Source of the DNA: Trichinella spiralis | Taxonomy: Eukaryota | Assembly (NCBI RefSeq): GCF_000181795.1 | Contig: NW_003526941.1 | Span: forward strand, 7,230,043-7,294,042 | Length of the DNA: 64,000 nucleotides | Reading direction: 5' to 3' | Shown: positions 27,349 to 39,755 of the stretch, piece by piece | Layout: each line of letters starts with the position of its first letter | How positions within the stretch are numbered: the stretch's first letter is position 1 | Notes under the pieces: generated by a model | The model's database searches: none | Told to the model about the DNA's origin: nothing | The model's input: only the letters and a program-made list of their open reading frames with translations | Made by a program: the position numbers and the translations under genes

Positions 27349-28133
27349 GAATTGACCACCCCATCCGATTTTATTACGTTATGCAGTTCCCCTGCAATGC
27401 TACCCATCTACCACGTGGCCCACTATAATTCCCGCTCTTTTAACACCCACCATGAATAACTGGTAAGTTGGCCTTTGATACTTTGGCGGCCGCATGCCAC
27501 GCNNNNNNNNNNTGGGCAGCAATTGATGCTGCTTAGTGAAGACGATTTATTGCTATCACATGTACTGATCATTGTAAAATTCTTATCTGTAATAAACATA
27601 CTATGATTTCAAATAGTTGTAAAGTAATATATACCATAACAATAATGTAAAACAGCCATAATATAAAGAGTATTTGAAAATAACAGTGCATATCATTGTT
27701 TCTTAAATAAATACAGTTTATAAATAAGAAGAAAAATAGAACTACTTACGTTAATCGATGGGGGTCATTCAGGATGCGGTTATTTTCACAGGCACGCATT
27801 AAACATTAAACATTATTCTTTGCAATAACCTTCATATAATTTTTCTTCACCTGGTGTGACAAGGAATAACATCAGAACCTGTGGGAACCTGTGAGAATGG
27901 CATCGGCTGCGACTTAACGAAAATTCTCTCAGTATATTGACGTAATCCATTTCTATCAAAAACAAAATGCCAGATTACCTAGCGACATACTAGTTATAAT
28001 GATCTAACGTATTTGATTGCTATCATAAACAATACCAAATTCCTTCTTACTTTTTGTGTTAAACATTATTGAGACGGCGGGTATACCACTCTGAAAGGGT
28101 GGTAGAGGACGTGGCAGGCGGGTATACGCAGCT

Positions 28134-28350
28134 AAAAGGTGGTTTATATATAAATGGAGCGGAAAGATAGTTTGCATAAACTTAGTTAAAAGATGGTTTA
28201 TGTAAAATCAGTTGAAAGATAGTTTGCATAAACTCAGTCAGAAGAATAGTTTATATAAAGTAAGTTGGAGGATAGTTTAAATAAAATCAGTTTGTATAAA
28301 CTGTATATGTATGTTATAAACTAGTTTAAATTTGTATAAACTGATTTGAA
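28134..28350. repeat. Minisatellite, ~26-bp unit (gaaagatagtttgcataaactcagtt-like), about 5-6 clear copies plus degenerate ones; each unit has a palindromic core
   Basis: Units: gaaagatagtttgcataaacttagtt / aaaagatggtttatgtaaaatcagtt / gaaagatagtttgcataaactcagtc / agaagaatagtttatataaagtaagtt / ggaggatagtttaaataaaatcagtt. The core agttt-N4-aaact has self-complementary arms. Confidence 0.8.
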
Positions 28351-29618
28351 GCAAAAATTTATATAAAAGGAGGGTGGCGGCGAAGGACAGGTGAACGGGT
28401 TAGCATCGATACGTAATGACGTAATGAATGAGACGACGTCATCCACAGTTACAACAGAAAACAAAAACTACTTACTAATTTTTATCATATTACACTGGGA
28501 ACGCACTGATGGCAACTTTCACCAATAGCATCTATACGGATACCGGCGCAATTCGACTGTCTCACCGTAATCTGCTACAATTACAATCATTTATTTCCTT
28601 CTTATCTTATGATACGTAAGAACACACTAGGACCACAGGGGAACGTCAATGCACCAACTTCAACTTACTGAAAGTGCCAACAGAAGAAACATCGTATTCG
28701 CTTGACGTCAATGTAATGCTGTCATGAATAAAATGAGTACAATTTATGTATGCAACTGCAATCAGGAGCAAGTTAAATACTTACGGATGTTTGAGATGCC
28801 ACATACAGAACACACTGATGTGAACATGAACACCTTTCTAATTAAAAAAATGCAACTTCTATTGTCAGTTCAAATAAAATGCACGATACGTATAAATAGA
28901 GTTGTAATATAGCTGCATTGCTTGTTATGTTCCTATAAAGAAAACTGAGCAACATGATGAATAATAAAAGTTGAAATTTTCTGAAAAGTAATTAACACAG
29001 TGGTATATAAATTGGAGCAACTTCTGTATCTGAAACAACTTCAAGATTTCTAATTTCATTGGAAATACAGTTTTTCAGATATTCAAATCAAGGCTACTGA
29101 ATCTACGATATTATCAACATGTTTTAATTGTGCGCTGCAGTTAAGATTCAAGTGATGTGGAGTTGAAGGCGTAGCAAATCTACAATCTAAATTTCACACG
29201 ATAATTTCAAAAAGCCGTGCAAAATTATAATAATGCATAGTTACCATAATCACTTACTTTTCAGAATCTCTTTGTTTGTTTGTCTCTATTTGATCATTGA
29301 TATGAATATAAATTCTGAAAGTAAATTATATTAATGCCGTCATTTAAAACTAAAAAACAGAAATGCGAACTTCTTCGTCTTCAACATTTGATGTATCTGA
29401 AAGTTAGCAATAACAACACGAGAAAAAGACCTGTCAGTTTCCATTCACCAAATTAGTAAAGTAACATGCATAGCATACCACCACCAAAATATCAAATCCA
29501 ACTTACCACTATTTCCTTGTTCGTTTTGAAGAGCGGAAATATAGTTGACAAAGCGCCTGACGGACAGCAATCCAGTGAACAGAATAACCTAAAGTAATCA
29601 AAGTACTCTGATTAAACG

Positions 29619-30180
29619 TATAATAAGTAAATTATGCAAATGACTATTTACTTTGCCTCCGGAAGAACAACCTAATTCACCATCAGTAATAGCGCAGTGC
29701 AATGAATTTTATGAACAACGTTACTAAACGAGACGATGAAATTTATTACGTTTTTATTTACACACTTCACATTAATACGTAATATTGCAGTATTACGTAA
29801 CAGAGCATTATTATGCAAATTTATTTTAATAAAATTAGCTGAAACGAAAATTTATTAACGTAAAGCATTACAAATTACTAAAAATAACTGAAAATGCTTC
29901 TATTGCGTTGATAGAATTTAGCTGCTTGAAAGTAGGAGGTGATACATTAATTTATATTTTGCCATATTTTCTTGAAATCCAAATTACATAAGATTATAAA
30001 AAATGATTTTCAGGCTTCAAATAGGCTCCAAAATAATTTATCTCCAGCCGCAAAATTTCATGAGTGATGCGCCGTAAGGCAGTGGGAAGGCAAACAGTTA
30101 TGCCAGTGGCCTATGCTGCTTGGAAGCTCCTTTTCACCTGCCGCTTTCATATGGTAACTTATTACAAGACTGGTAACTTT
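29619..30180 (-). repeat. Right arm of the inverted-repeat pair (partner 26730-27348)
   Basis: Reverse-complement match to the left arm as described there; it ends close to the N gap at 30221-30230. Confidence 0.8.
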
Positions 30181-30727
30181 GTCGCGCGCTGGAGTAACAC
30201 AGGCTCCCTACATTTAGAGANNNNNNNNNNTTTAATATGTTTTTGTTTTCTGGTATCAGCCAGCTTCAAATGCAAAACGGATTTGCTCATACGCAGAAAT
30301 AATGACGCATGGCCCGCGTGGGGCTTTTACTGAACCGTTTGTTGTGATGGCAGAAAAATCGAACTGATCTGATTGTTTTTTTCTTTTGTTTTTTATTACT
30401 GTCAGAATACTACACGCATATTCTACACACAGGAAAACAGACGCTCGCATGCATAGAAGCACACGCTCACATGCATGTATAGATTATTTGTGATGCTGTG
30501 TGTGTGTGTGGATGTTTGTTTATGAGGGCTTTCAGGCGTGTATGCGTGTGTCAGTTTATACTTTCTTGAATTAAACAGCAAATTCAAATTGATGCGCTTT
30601 TCGGAAGTTGAGAGATGACTGGTAGAATTTACTGACACATCGTGTCGCTACTGATTCTTTTCTGCTTTAAATTCCTGCTTTTGATTTCGTGTTCACTATT
30701 TGTATTGTTTTTCCGTTCTCGGTCGAG

Positions 30728-33700
30728 ATGCTTTTCGTACGAGTATCCGACCGATATCGAAGTTTTCGTGACGGTGGTACAAGCAAGAACTCGAAAGCGG
30801 TCACTCGTCGACTGACCATTGCTGATCGTACGTTAGATACGTCGAGGGGTGGTTCTGTTGTCAGTGGAGCTTCGACGTCAGCATCCTTTGATCAACTGGC
30901 ACGCAAGCCGGTGTCGGTTAGACGTCGGCAGACCATTTGCCCTCGACTCGACGCGTTGGATATTGCGAACCACGTAGGCTATATGCTTTTGCTTTCATAT
31001 CAGACAAGTGGAAGAGTTTTTTTTTTGTTGCTTTTTTATTTTAAAATTCCACTCTCGTATTCTTTATTTTTAAATTTATGTTAAATATCTATTTTTAAAT
31101 AAATTAACCGCAGTTTCAGACGTTCAGAAAAGCAATGCACAGTAAGTGATGGGTTCAGGGCTTGTCTCATGTACTGTTGATTGATTAGTGGTCTCTACTG
31201 GTCGTTAGGACCAGTGATTTTATAAGGGGAATGGGTATTATCATTGGTGTCACCCTCTGAGACGAAATTGGTTAAATTTTGCAAAATTGTTTATCGATTC
31301 TAGTGTTCATCTTATTTACTCTTGACTTTTTTGTGTGTCTGGTGAACTATTGTTATTTTTGTGTAAGTTGTGTATAATTTTTCAAAAGCATCTTTATAAA
31401 ATTGCGACTGTTTAGTGTAATTTTATATAATTAATTTCATGTAAATTATGTGAATTACTGCTTGAAAATTGTTATAAAATAAGCAGATTTTAGTACATTT
31501 ATGTTGAGGTGAATGTTATTTTGATTTGTAGGTAGTGTCAAGCACTCCTCCGCAGGTACCACCACCACCACTGCCGTCTGGATATTCAGAACCAACGTTG
31601 GACTGGCCTTCGACAGTTGATGATCAATACACGACCAATGGAAGCGGATCCGGTGGCGGAATAGCTTCGGTGGTTTCCGCTGCCGGCTTGGTGAACAATC
31701 AACAGCATACACAACAGCAGCAGCACTTTGACGAATTTGACGACGACTGGTCCGATGACTCGCAGAGCCAAGTGAGAAATGCTTGTCGGTTTTTTAATTA
31801 GCTTTTGATTTGGGGCAAACTACGGCACCATCTGGTGATAGACCACTTTTTTCAGCATTGTTTGTTTTTATATTCTCCAATTGTTCAGCACGATCATTCA
31901 TCTTGCTATATACTGATCTTTTTTTTTATTTTCTGATATTCACAACTTGGCAAGTTTGAGTGAGGGGAATCGTTTTGTTTTGCGGGCGTTGTTGGTTTGT
32001 GTGGAACTTTCGACTTGTTTTAATTGACGATTATTCTCTGCCGATTGGTGTTTTCTCGACTGAATCGATTGCCTGAAAAAGAACCCGGCGTTGACGAGCT
32101 CAGCTGTGTGTTGTGTTGTTCCTGTTGTTATCTGCGGTCGTTTGTTGGGGGAAAGGGAGGGGGAAGGACGACTGTTGTCGATCTTTGACTTTTTCTTTTC
32201 TCCTCTTTGGCGCATGCGCCGGCTCAATGGATCATTTTCTTCCCCTGACTCTCGCAGAGGTTATTCTTCATCATCACTATCATCAGCATTATTCTCTTTC
32301 TCGCTACAATCTCATTTCATCTGAACTGTTGTTGTTTGTATTTTAATATACGGAGAGCTTATAATAGCTGGATATGCTTTTCGTGCCTGATCACGTTCGT
32401 CGACGTTCGTCCAGCGGTCACCTACGTCGCAGAGAATCTGTAAGTCTGCCAACATCTTCGGAATAGAGTTTGTGCTTTTTTTCCCTCCATTATTCTTTTT
32501 GCGATCATTAATAATCGGTGGGTTATCATTTATTGCTTGTTTTTCTTCGACTGAAACTGAATTCATTCGTGGAAAGCAAGCTTTTTGTGATCTTTTGATT
32601 TTTGTTCTTTTCTTCTGCTGTTTGATTTCAAATAATCAGCAAATATATGCAGGGGAATGGGAGCAAAATTGTACCAACATCGGAGGTCACTTCAGAACAG
32701 CTGACCACCACTGCATCACGACGAAGCGTTTGCAGTGTTGCATCGGCTGACGCTGTTGAAACGCAACAGGAAAGTTGTGCATCCGATTCAAGCATACGAT
32801 CGAGGAAGAAGTCGACGAAAAAAAATCCAAAGGTTGGCTGGCCCGTGATAAATTAAGATATTCATAATGATAATAATAATAATAATATACTTGGATTGCA
32901 TTGTGGTTCAGTGCAATGTAGTTGTTCTCAGTATTGGTGGTGTGTCGGCGGTTGCTTTGCTTTGTGTGTTGTTCGTTCGTTCGTGTTTGATGTGCTCTCA
33001 CTTATTTGTTCCATGTTTGTGGTTTTTACTCGAATATACGAAAGTTTCGCTTTGTTTCAGCCGGATGCATTTGACGAGCATCACCGACAACCGTCTCGAT
33101 CAGTGGAAAGCGGTCTCAATCGAGGCGACACGACAAGCAAGAAAAATATCACCAGGTTTTGTTCAATTTTGTCCTGTGTAACTTTGAAATTGTGGTTGAT
33201 CGAGGTGTTCATTTTTGTATCAGGCTGAATAAGCTGGTTAAAAGTGGAACGGAAAATTTTGTTCTCAATCTATGCAAATTGAATCAGCCAATTTCTGAAC
33301 GCTTTGAAATAACGGTAAGTGGAAGAAGTTTGGAGGAGCCCAAGCGCGCACATTGCTGCACCATAAAAAATTGTTTTGTTGGAATTTTAATTTTTTCAGT
33401 TGTCGAAAAATTCAATTCAATGGTTGGCTACAGGCCAAGCGTACACTTGTCAGGTGGCTTCGCCGCAGAAAGCGAGCAAGTTGAAAGGTCTGAAGAGTTT
33501 CATCACATACCAGCTGACCCCGTCGTTCAGCGGTGTGCAAGTGTGCCGCCGTTACAAGCATTTCGACTGGCTACACGAACAGTTGATGTCCAAATTTTCT
33601 GTACTGCTCATCCCGCCACTGCCTGAAAAACAAGTATCCGGCCGCTATGAAGAAGAGTTTGTCGAGCATCGCATGCATCTGCTGCAACTTTGGGTTTCCT

Positions 33701-35520
33701 ACATATGCCATCATCCGGTTTTGTCACGCTGTGAAGTTTGGATGCATTTTTTAACTTGCACTGATGAAAAGGTATGCATAGATGTGGTTGTAATTTTCTT
33801 TTCTTTTCTTTTCTTTCCAATGCATTTGCGTTGATGCTGTGTGAGTTTTGAAAGTTTTCACTTAAAGCAGTACTTAGTAGTGGTAGAAAATTTGCGTTTA
33901 AATAAGAATAACAAACAGGAAGTAAATTGAATGCAACAAATAATACTGTATGCTTCCTAATGTGACACGTCACTGATGAATGCAGACAATCAGACGACAA
34001 CTTTGGCTAATTTTAATCATGTGAAATCGAAAGTGGACGTTATTTATGGAGCATAATCAGCGAGAAGAAAAGAGTCAGTTTTGATCGATGGCAATTGGGT
34101 TGTCATGCCCATGCTAGTTGACACTGCGCAATGATCGTCTTCTCTGATCTAGCTGTCTTCATTTTGACATACTCAAATTTTAGTTTGGCATAATATTTGT
34201 CGAAATTGCTTTGCTCTAAGATAAAATCCTCTTAACAAATTCAATTCAAGTTGTGATTAGTTGATTTGTGTTCACAATGTTGTAAATGTGTTTTGTTCTT
34301 TAGTTTTTAATAACAAAATATTTCTTCAGAGCTCAATCAAATTAAGCTTGTAGTTGTTGATGATGAAATTGACATTAGTTGTAATCTTTGTAATATAGCA
34401 AAGTTGATTTCGTGTTAATGTGAACAGAAAAATTAATAATACAAATTTACTTTTTCACTTTTATTCCAAAATATTGCTTTTCAACACTTAAATCTCATCT
34501 TAAATTTTTCATTTTCATATATACATGCGTATTGTTGTATGTATATATATTGTTGAATTTACGAAGATTAGTTTTCAACTTGTTGATCCCATTGTCCAAT
34601 TTTATCCATTTCTGTTGTGCAGAAATGGAAGCAAGGAAAAAGGAAGGCGGAAAAAGACGAATACAAGGATGGGAATTTCTTTTTCACTGTCTCTTGTCCA
34701 AGCCAGCATTTGGACTTTGCGCAGACCGAGAGTCGTGTGGAGAATTTGGCTCGCATGGCACGCAGCATGGAGAATGCGGTAAGAGCTTTCCATGCTATTG
34801 CACAAGAGCAGGCAAAACGTATGATGACCACTTCCAAGTGAGTTGCTTCATTTTTACTCTGTGTTTAGCTATTTTATTTGAATTTATAATATTTATGAGA
34901 AAAAACAAAGGATGGTAGTAGTAGTAGTAGTTTTTAAGTGGTGGTAAGTTTTTATTTTCAGACGTGAATGTGCAAAATACAGTGGTGCTTTCCATGCATT
35001 GGGACACGCATTCGAGCTTGACCAAGATGAACAGTCGCGTCCATTGGCCGAAGCGTTGACATTCACAGCCGACTGTTACGAAGCCATCGGTCAGCTTTAC
35101 GAGTCGCAGCCGAAACGCCATCTGGAACCACTGATGGACGATTTTTTCATTTACAGAGGCATGCTTGCATTGGTTCCAGATGCGGTGCAGATTCACAAGG
35201 TAAAATTTGTAATTTATTGCAAATTTTTGAAAATAATGTGTTGCTCTGTTATTTTTTTTCATTTGGCTTAGTCTGCAAATTCTAAAGTGCGTGAGCATCA
35301 AAAACTAGCCGATGAAGGCAAAACATCCTTGGCCGATGCAGATTTAGTTCGTTCCAGAGCTGAAGTGATTGATTATACAATTTTGGCAGAGACTAGCCAT
35401 TTTCGCAACGAATGTGTGATAGAATTTAAAAAAATGATGGCTCAATTTTTGCACAGTGAAATTGAGTTTTATCAAAGTGTGGTCGACAAACTGAAAGATG
35501 CGTATCAAAGATTTATTTGA
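30728..35520 (+). CDS. lst-4: Sorting nexin of the SNX9/18/33 (lst-4) family: low-complexity acidic region, PX and BAR domains; 5' end uncertain, no SH3 seen
   Basis: Exons: 30728-30973 (putative first exon, low confidence), 31532-31771 (PPQVPPPPLP; FDEFDDDWSDD), 32653-32832, 33061-33155, 33224-33314 (RLNKLVKSGTENFVL), 33400-33771 (PX: KLKGLKSFITYQLTP..RRYKHFDWLHEQL..IPPLPEKQVSGRYEEEFVEHR), 34623-34837 (KWKQGKRKAEKDE), 34962-35199, 35272-35520 (BAR C-terminus, TGA). Confidence 0.9.
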
Positions 35521-37182
35521 AGATTAAGCTGTAAATTTTCTTTTTGTATGGAATTTGATGCAATTTTTGATGCACACCAGCTGGATTGGTTTTGCTCGAT
35601 CAGTGTGTATTTGTTGTGGAATAACGATTGAAATAACGGACAGCGGATAGAATGGACAAGTTTTTAATTATCGATTGTGTCCAACACAAATTCCTTTGCA
35701 GAAGATACTGTTTATTTATTCTTCATTTTACACTGGAATGATGCAAATTTGAAAAATATTCATAACGTTCAAATAGTTCACTTGTCTCACGTCATTTGTT
35801 CACATTATTATGCATTGGATTCGATTGTCCATTTGTTCTATATAGCAAAGTTCAATTCGTCTGTAAGTTTTCAAAATTATTCGTAGCACATTTTTCTTTT
35901 CTTTTTTTTAAATTACTACTCATGATATACTGTTTCAACTACACTTTTCTTATAATTTTATAGCTGTAACAGTATTTTCTTAATTTGGCGTAATCTTCTC
36001 TTGTGCATTGTTTGTTGATTGTACTGAAAAGAAAGTCTTTAATTTGGATGTTGCATTTTGTCATTTAAAATTTTTTATTTGTGTATTATGTATATTTTAT
36101 TCAGTTGCTTTACATTTCTGAATTCTAATTCAGTTAGTGATTGATTGTCCTATGAAACCTATCAAATTATTGAAATTAGTTTGGTGGAAAAACAAAAAAT
36201 TTAATTTTTTTCTTTAAATAAATGATTAATTTCAAGCAAGTGAATAGCAAAAGTTGTCAAGAAGTAACAGCGATGGAATATTTTCATTTGCCAATGTACA
36301 ATGCCAACAAAGTACAACAGATTATTTCTTCTCTTTTTCATCTGTCATTAATTATTGCTTTGACGGTAAGTAAGCAAAATGGTGCAGTTCAGCGGGTATT
36401 TTTTAAATAAACAAATAAATGCAACCATTTTTGCATAATGATAGTGGAAAATAAAAAGGTAAATTCATGTGACTGATTTTAGCACATGTGGTTAGCATTA
36501 TTATATGCAACAGCATGCATTCATTGTACAAGAAATTGTTACCAACCATTTACTGCTAATTTTATAATAATGATCATAATAATAATAATAATTCCTACCC
36601 ATTTTTTTTACTATTCTTGTGATGAATGTAATACATTTACTTTTCTGTTTGCAGCGGATATAGTGTTTGAATTATGAAAATTTTGAAAACTATTGCCATT
36701 TAAAAGATTTTATTGCCAAAAATAAGATTATCATTGTTTCTTATTGATATTTTTGTTGTTTTTTATTTAAATAAACTTCATTTATTCATTGTTTTGTAAT
36801 AAAATGTTTTTGTAACAAATACTTGATTATCACAATTATACTGTAATTCTTGCGATTGACTTCATGTTCAATTAATCGTTTCTTTGCTGAGCGGTCATGA
36901 ATGGTCAGTTGTTTTCTGTTTTGCACATATTTTTTAACTGCTTTATTTTCATCTGTATTTTCATTTGATAAGCATGCTCGGAGGGCGTGTTAAAACGTAG
37001 AGTTTAGTGTAAATAGAGTGTAAATTACATTGTTGTTAGTGTGGGTTAATTTATCTAGTTTGACATTCTTAGACATACAATGGAAATATAATTCGAACTG
37101 ATTGTATGTCTGTTTTTCAGTTTGAATTTGTGTGACATTGTACAGTTTGCCATATTTCTGTACTTCTTTGTATTCGTGTATC

Positions 37183-38731
37183 ATGCATATGAAAGAAGAG
37201 GCAGATAGACTTCGCCAGCAGATTATTATCAATGCGACGGAGTGTATGTTAGAAGTCGAAATTAGCCGTGAAATGTTAACAGCGTTGGTAAGTGGAGTTT
37301 CGGACAATTTTGCTTTTATTTTTCACTTTATTCATCTATTATTTCCAGTGTGCCCTGTTCGATGAAGAATCTTTTCGCAACGCTTCAGAAGAACGTTATT
37401 TGAGTGGTTTGTGCGCTTATGGACTTTGCAGAAATTTCATGTCGACGAACAGACGTTTTCCTAAATATTCGTTACGTAATAATCGTATTTTCGAAAACAC
37501 TGAGCGAATTTGGTTTTGCTCAGACAATTGTTACACTTGCTATCAGTTGGTAATTGAACAACTCCCTGTTGAACCGTTTTGGCTACGAAAGGGCAACGAT
37601 CATTCAGTTGTAGAACTGCCTGATCCTTCTTCTCTAAAGTAAGTCAGAGCTGTCGTCCACTGCGTTAACATCAAAGGCTACTTTGAAAAAAAAATTTTTT
37701 TCCATCCTAGTAGCATCGTGACATTACAGCTTTTATCGGCCTTTTTAGCGAGCTAAGCGTTCATTACTACATTATTTGAATTTGGGTGTAATTTCTGTAA
37801 TTATTTAAGTGTATAAATTTAAATCAAGCCCCTTCAAAGAGCTTGAACAAATGTTTTATTTGATAACATGTACATTATAATTGTGATTTTCAAGTAATGT
37901 AGGAATGGAAGTATGATTTATGTGTTATTGTTATTTTATTCAAATGTAAATATGCTTAAAATTAGTATAATGAAAAAGAGAAGAGCTGTAAGTACATTTT
38001 TTTCATAATTTTTTAGAAATACAATTCCAGGTAAAGAAATCATTTTTGATGATTTGGATTTGATCAGACAGATGAGAGAAATTTCTTTGCATGATAAAAA
38101 TGATGCGCCTGACAAGCCACCTTCGAAGCCAGTATCTGCTGAGCGTGATCAACGTGTAAAATGTGATGATGTAGAAAATGTCCATGCTTTGTCGAATGCT
38201 GATTGCACTGATAAATGCTTGATTGACAGTGAAAGCCTTTCTAAAGATAATAGTACAGAGAACACTTCACTTACGTTGGAGTCGAATGCTAACGTCTCAA
38301 GTGCTGCAGTTGCAGTTACTGATCGACTGGATTGTAGCATGGAAAAGGCTTCAAGTTCACCTCAACAAGTCGCAGTTTGTGATGTTGCGATTAAGACAAA
38401 ACTTGACGATCATAAATTCATTTGTAAAGAAAAACGCTCACTGCCGACTGATATTATACCAACTGATTTGAAAGATTCTGAATCTACAAGCGCCAGTAAA
38501 CAGATGATGTTGAAAGAGGATGCACTGAACAACATACGAAATAAGCATTTTACCAAGACTAAATGCGGATTTAAATTGAAAAAGTTGCCCTTATCTTTAA
38601 TCGATCCTTTACCTCTGTCTACTCAAACTCCATTTTCTGCAAGTAATCTATCAGTAATGGAGAGAAAAGATCATTGTTGGAATTTAACAGCAGATTGCAT
38701 TTTACAATGGTTCGAAGGTAACAACATACTT

Positions 38732-38766
<35 letters not shown>

Positions 38767-39755
38767 TACAGTAAAATTCAGTTAATTTACGAGCTCAATG
38801 GGGATTCATGATTTTTTTTGTTGTAACCAGTATTTCGTTGCATGGGGATTTACACTAAATTTGTATAAATTATTGCCGGGGGATCGAAAAATGTTCGTTA
38901 TATCAAATGTTTCGTTATAACGAATTTTACTGTATTTATATTTAATTATTTATTTATTTTTGAGGTGTGGCATTGTTGAAAACTTTTCGATTAGAAGATT
39001 CTTCATCACCGGATGACGACGAATCGGAGAATGCTTGCCAATCTGAGCATGGGCCAGTCGAAATGCAAGATAGCGACTCTAAAAAGTTTGTTTATTTGCC
39101 TCTTATAGATACAGTTAATCAAGATGAACATCGAATGGTCATCGCAAGCTACTGGTTGCTCAAACCGTGAGAGAAGCAGCATAATTAATTATTCCACCAG
39201 ACTGTTTGTGATTAAATTTACCGGTTGCTTGATTGCTTTCAGATTGCGAAAACTGCTGAACGCATTCAGCATAGATGAGCATAAATTATTTGAAAGGAAA
39301 ATGAAGCTTCTCATTAGAAATATCAAGTAAGCTTTACAAGCTTAACAGTTGCTGTTTAGAGTTATCTGCTGTAATGTTATTTGCAAAGGGAAACTTTTAC
39401 TTTTAGACTGAGCGCTGAAAATATATCTTTACAGCCGTTCGAATGGAAGTTCGCGTCTTTGGTTTTGTTTTTTGTGTACTAAAAAATTTTATATTTTTAT
39501 TTGGACATTTTTATTTTCTAACGTATTCTATGCTATAGATTAAGGAGAACATGCGACGATCTTCCCGCTGTTCGCTTAAGCAAAGATGCAGAACTAAAAA
39601 TAGTGAGCAAATTATTACAACAGTTGGATTGTAAAGCGGCATTATTTGAAGATCTGGTATTGAAGATTTGCAAATTATTGGTATATTAAATTTTATCAGT
39701 AAAAAAAATCAGTATTTCATAAGAGAATTACAATATATAGGAAAATGATGGTTGA
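37183..39755 (+). CDS. RPAP2: RNA polymerase II CTD phosphatase RPAP2/Rtr1 homologue
   Basis: Exons: 37183-37287, 37349-37638 (RTR1-type zinc finger EERYLSGLCAYGLC...ERIWFCSDNCY), 38017-38717, 38965-39166 (LPLID), 39243-39326, 39407-39475 (LSAENISLQPFEWKFASLVLF), 39539-39680, then 39741-39755 (TGA); alternatively the frame reads through to TAA at 39687-39689. Confidence 0.85.
38769..38932. mobile_element. MITE (164 bp), Tc1/mariner superfamily, pogo/Tigger-like ends, in RPAP2 intron 3
   Basis: TA|CAGTAAAATTC (38769-38779) ... GAATTTTACTG|TA (38922-38932): 11-bp perfect TIR with CAGT termini and a TA target-site duplication. Subterminal ttcgttata repeats lie at 38894 and 38911. Confidence 0.8.

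Noticed and set aside
28134..28350. Palindromic ~26-bp repeats as a CRISPR array
   Set aside because: The units are tandem and degenerate with no unique spacers, there are no cas genes, and the context is eukaryotic.
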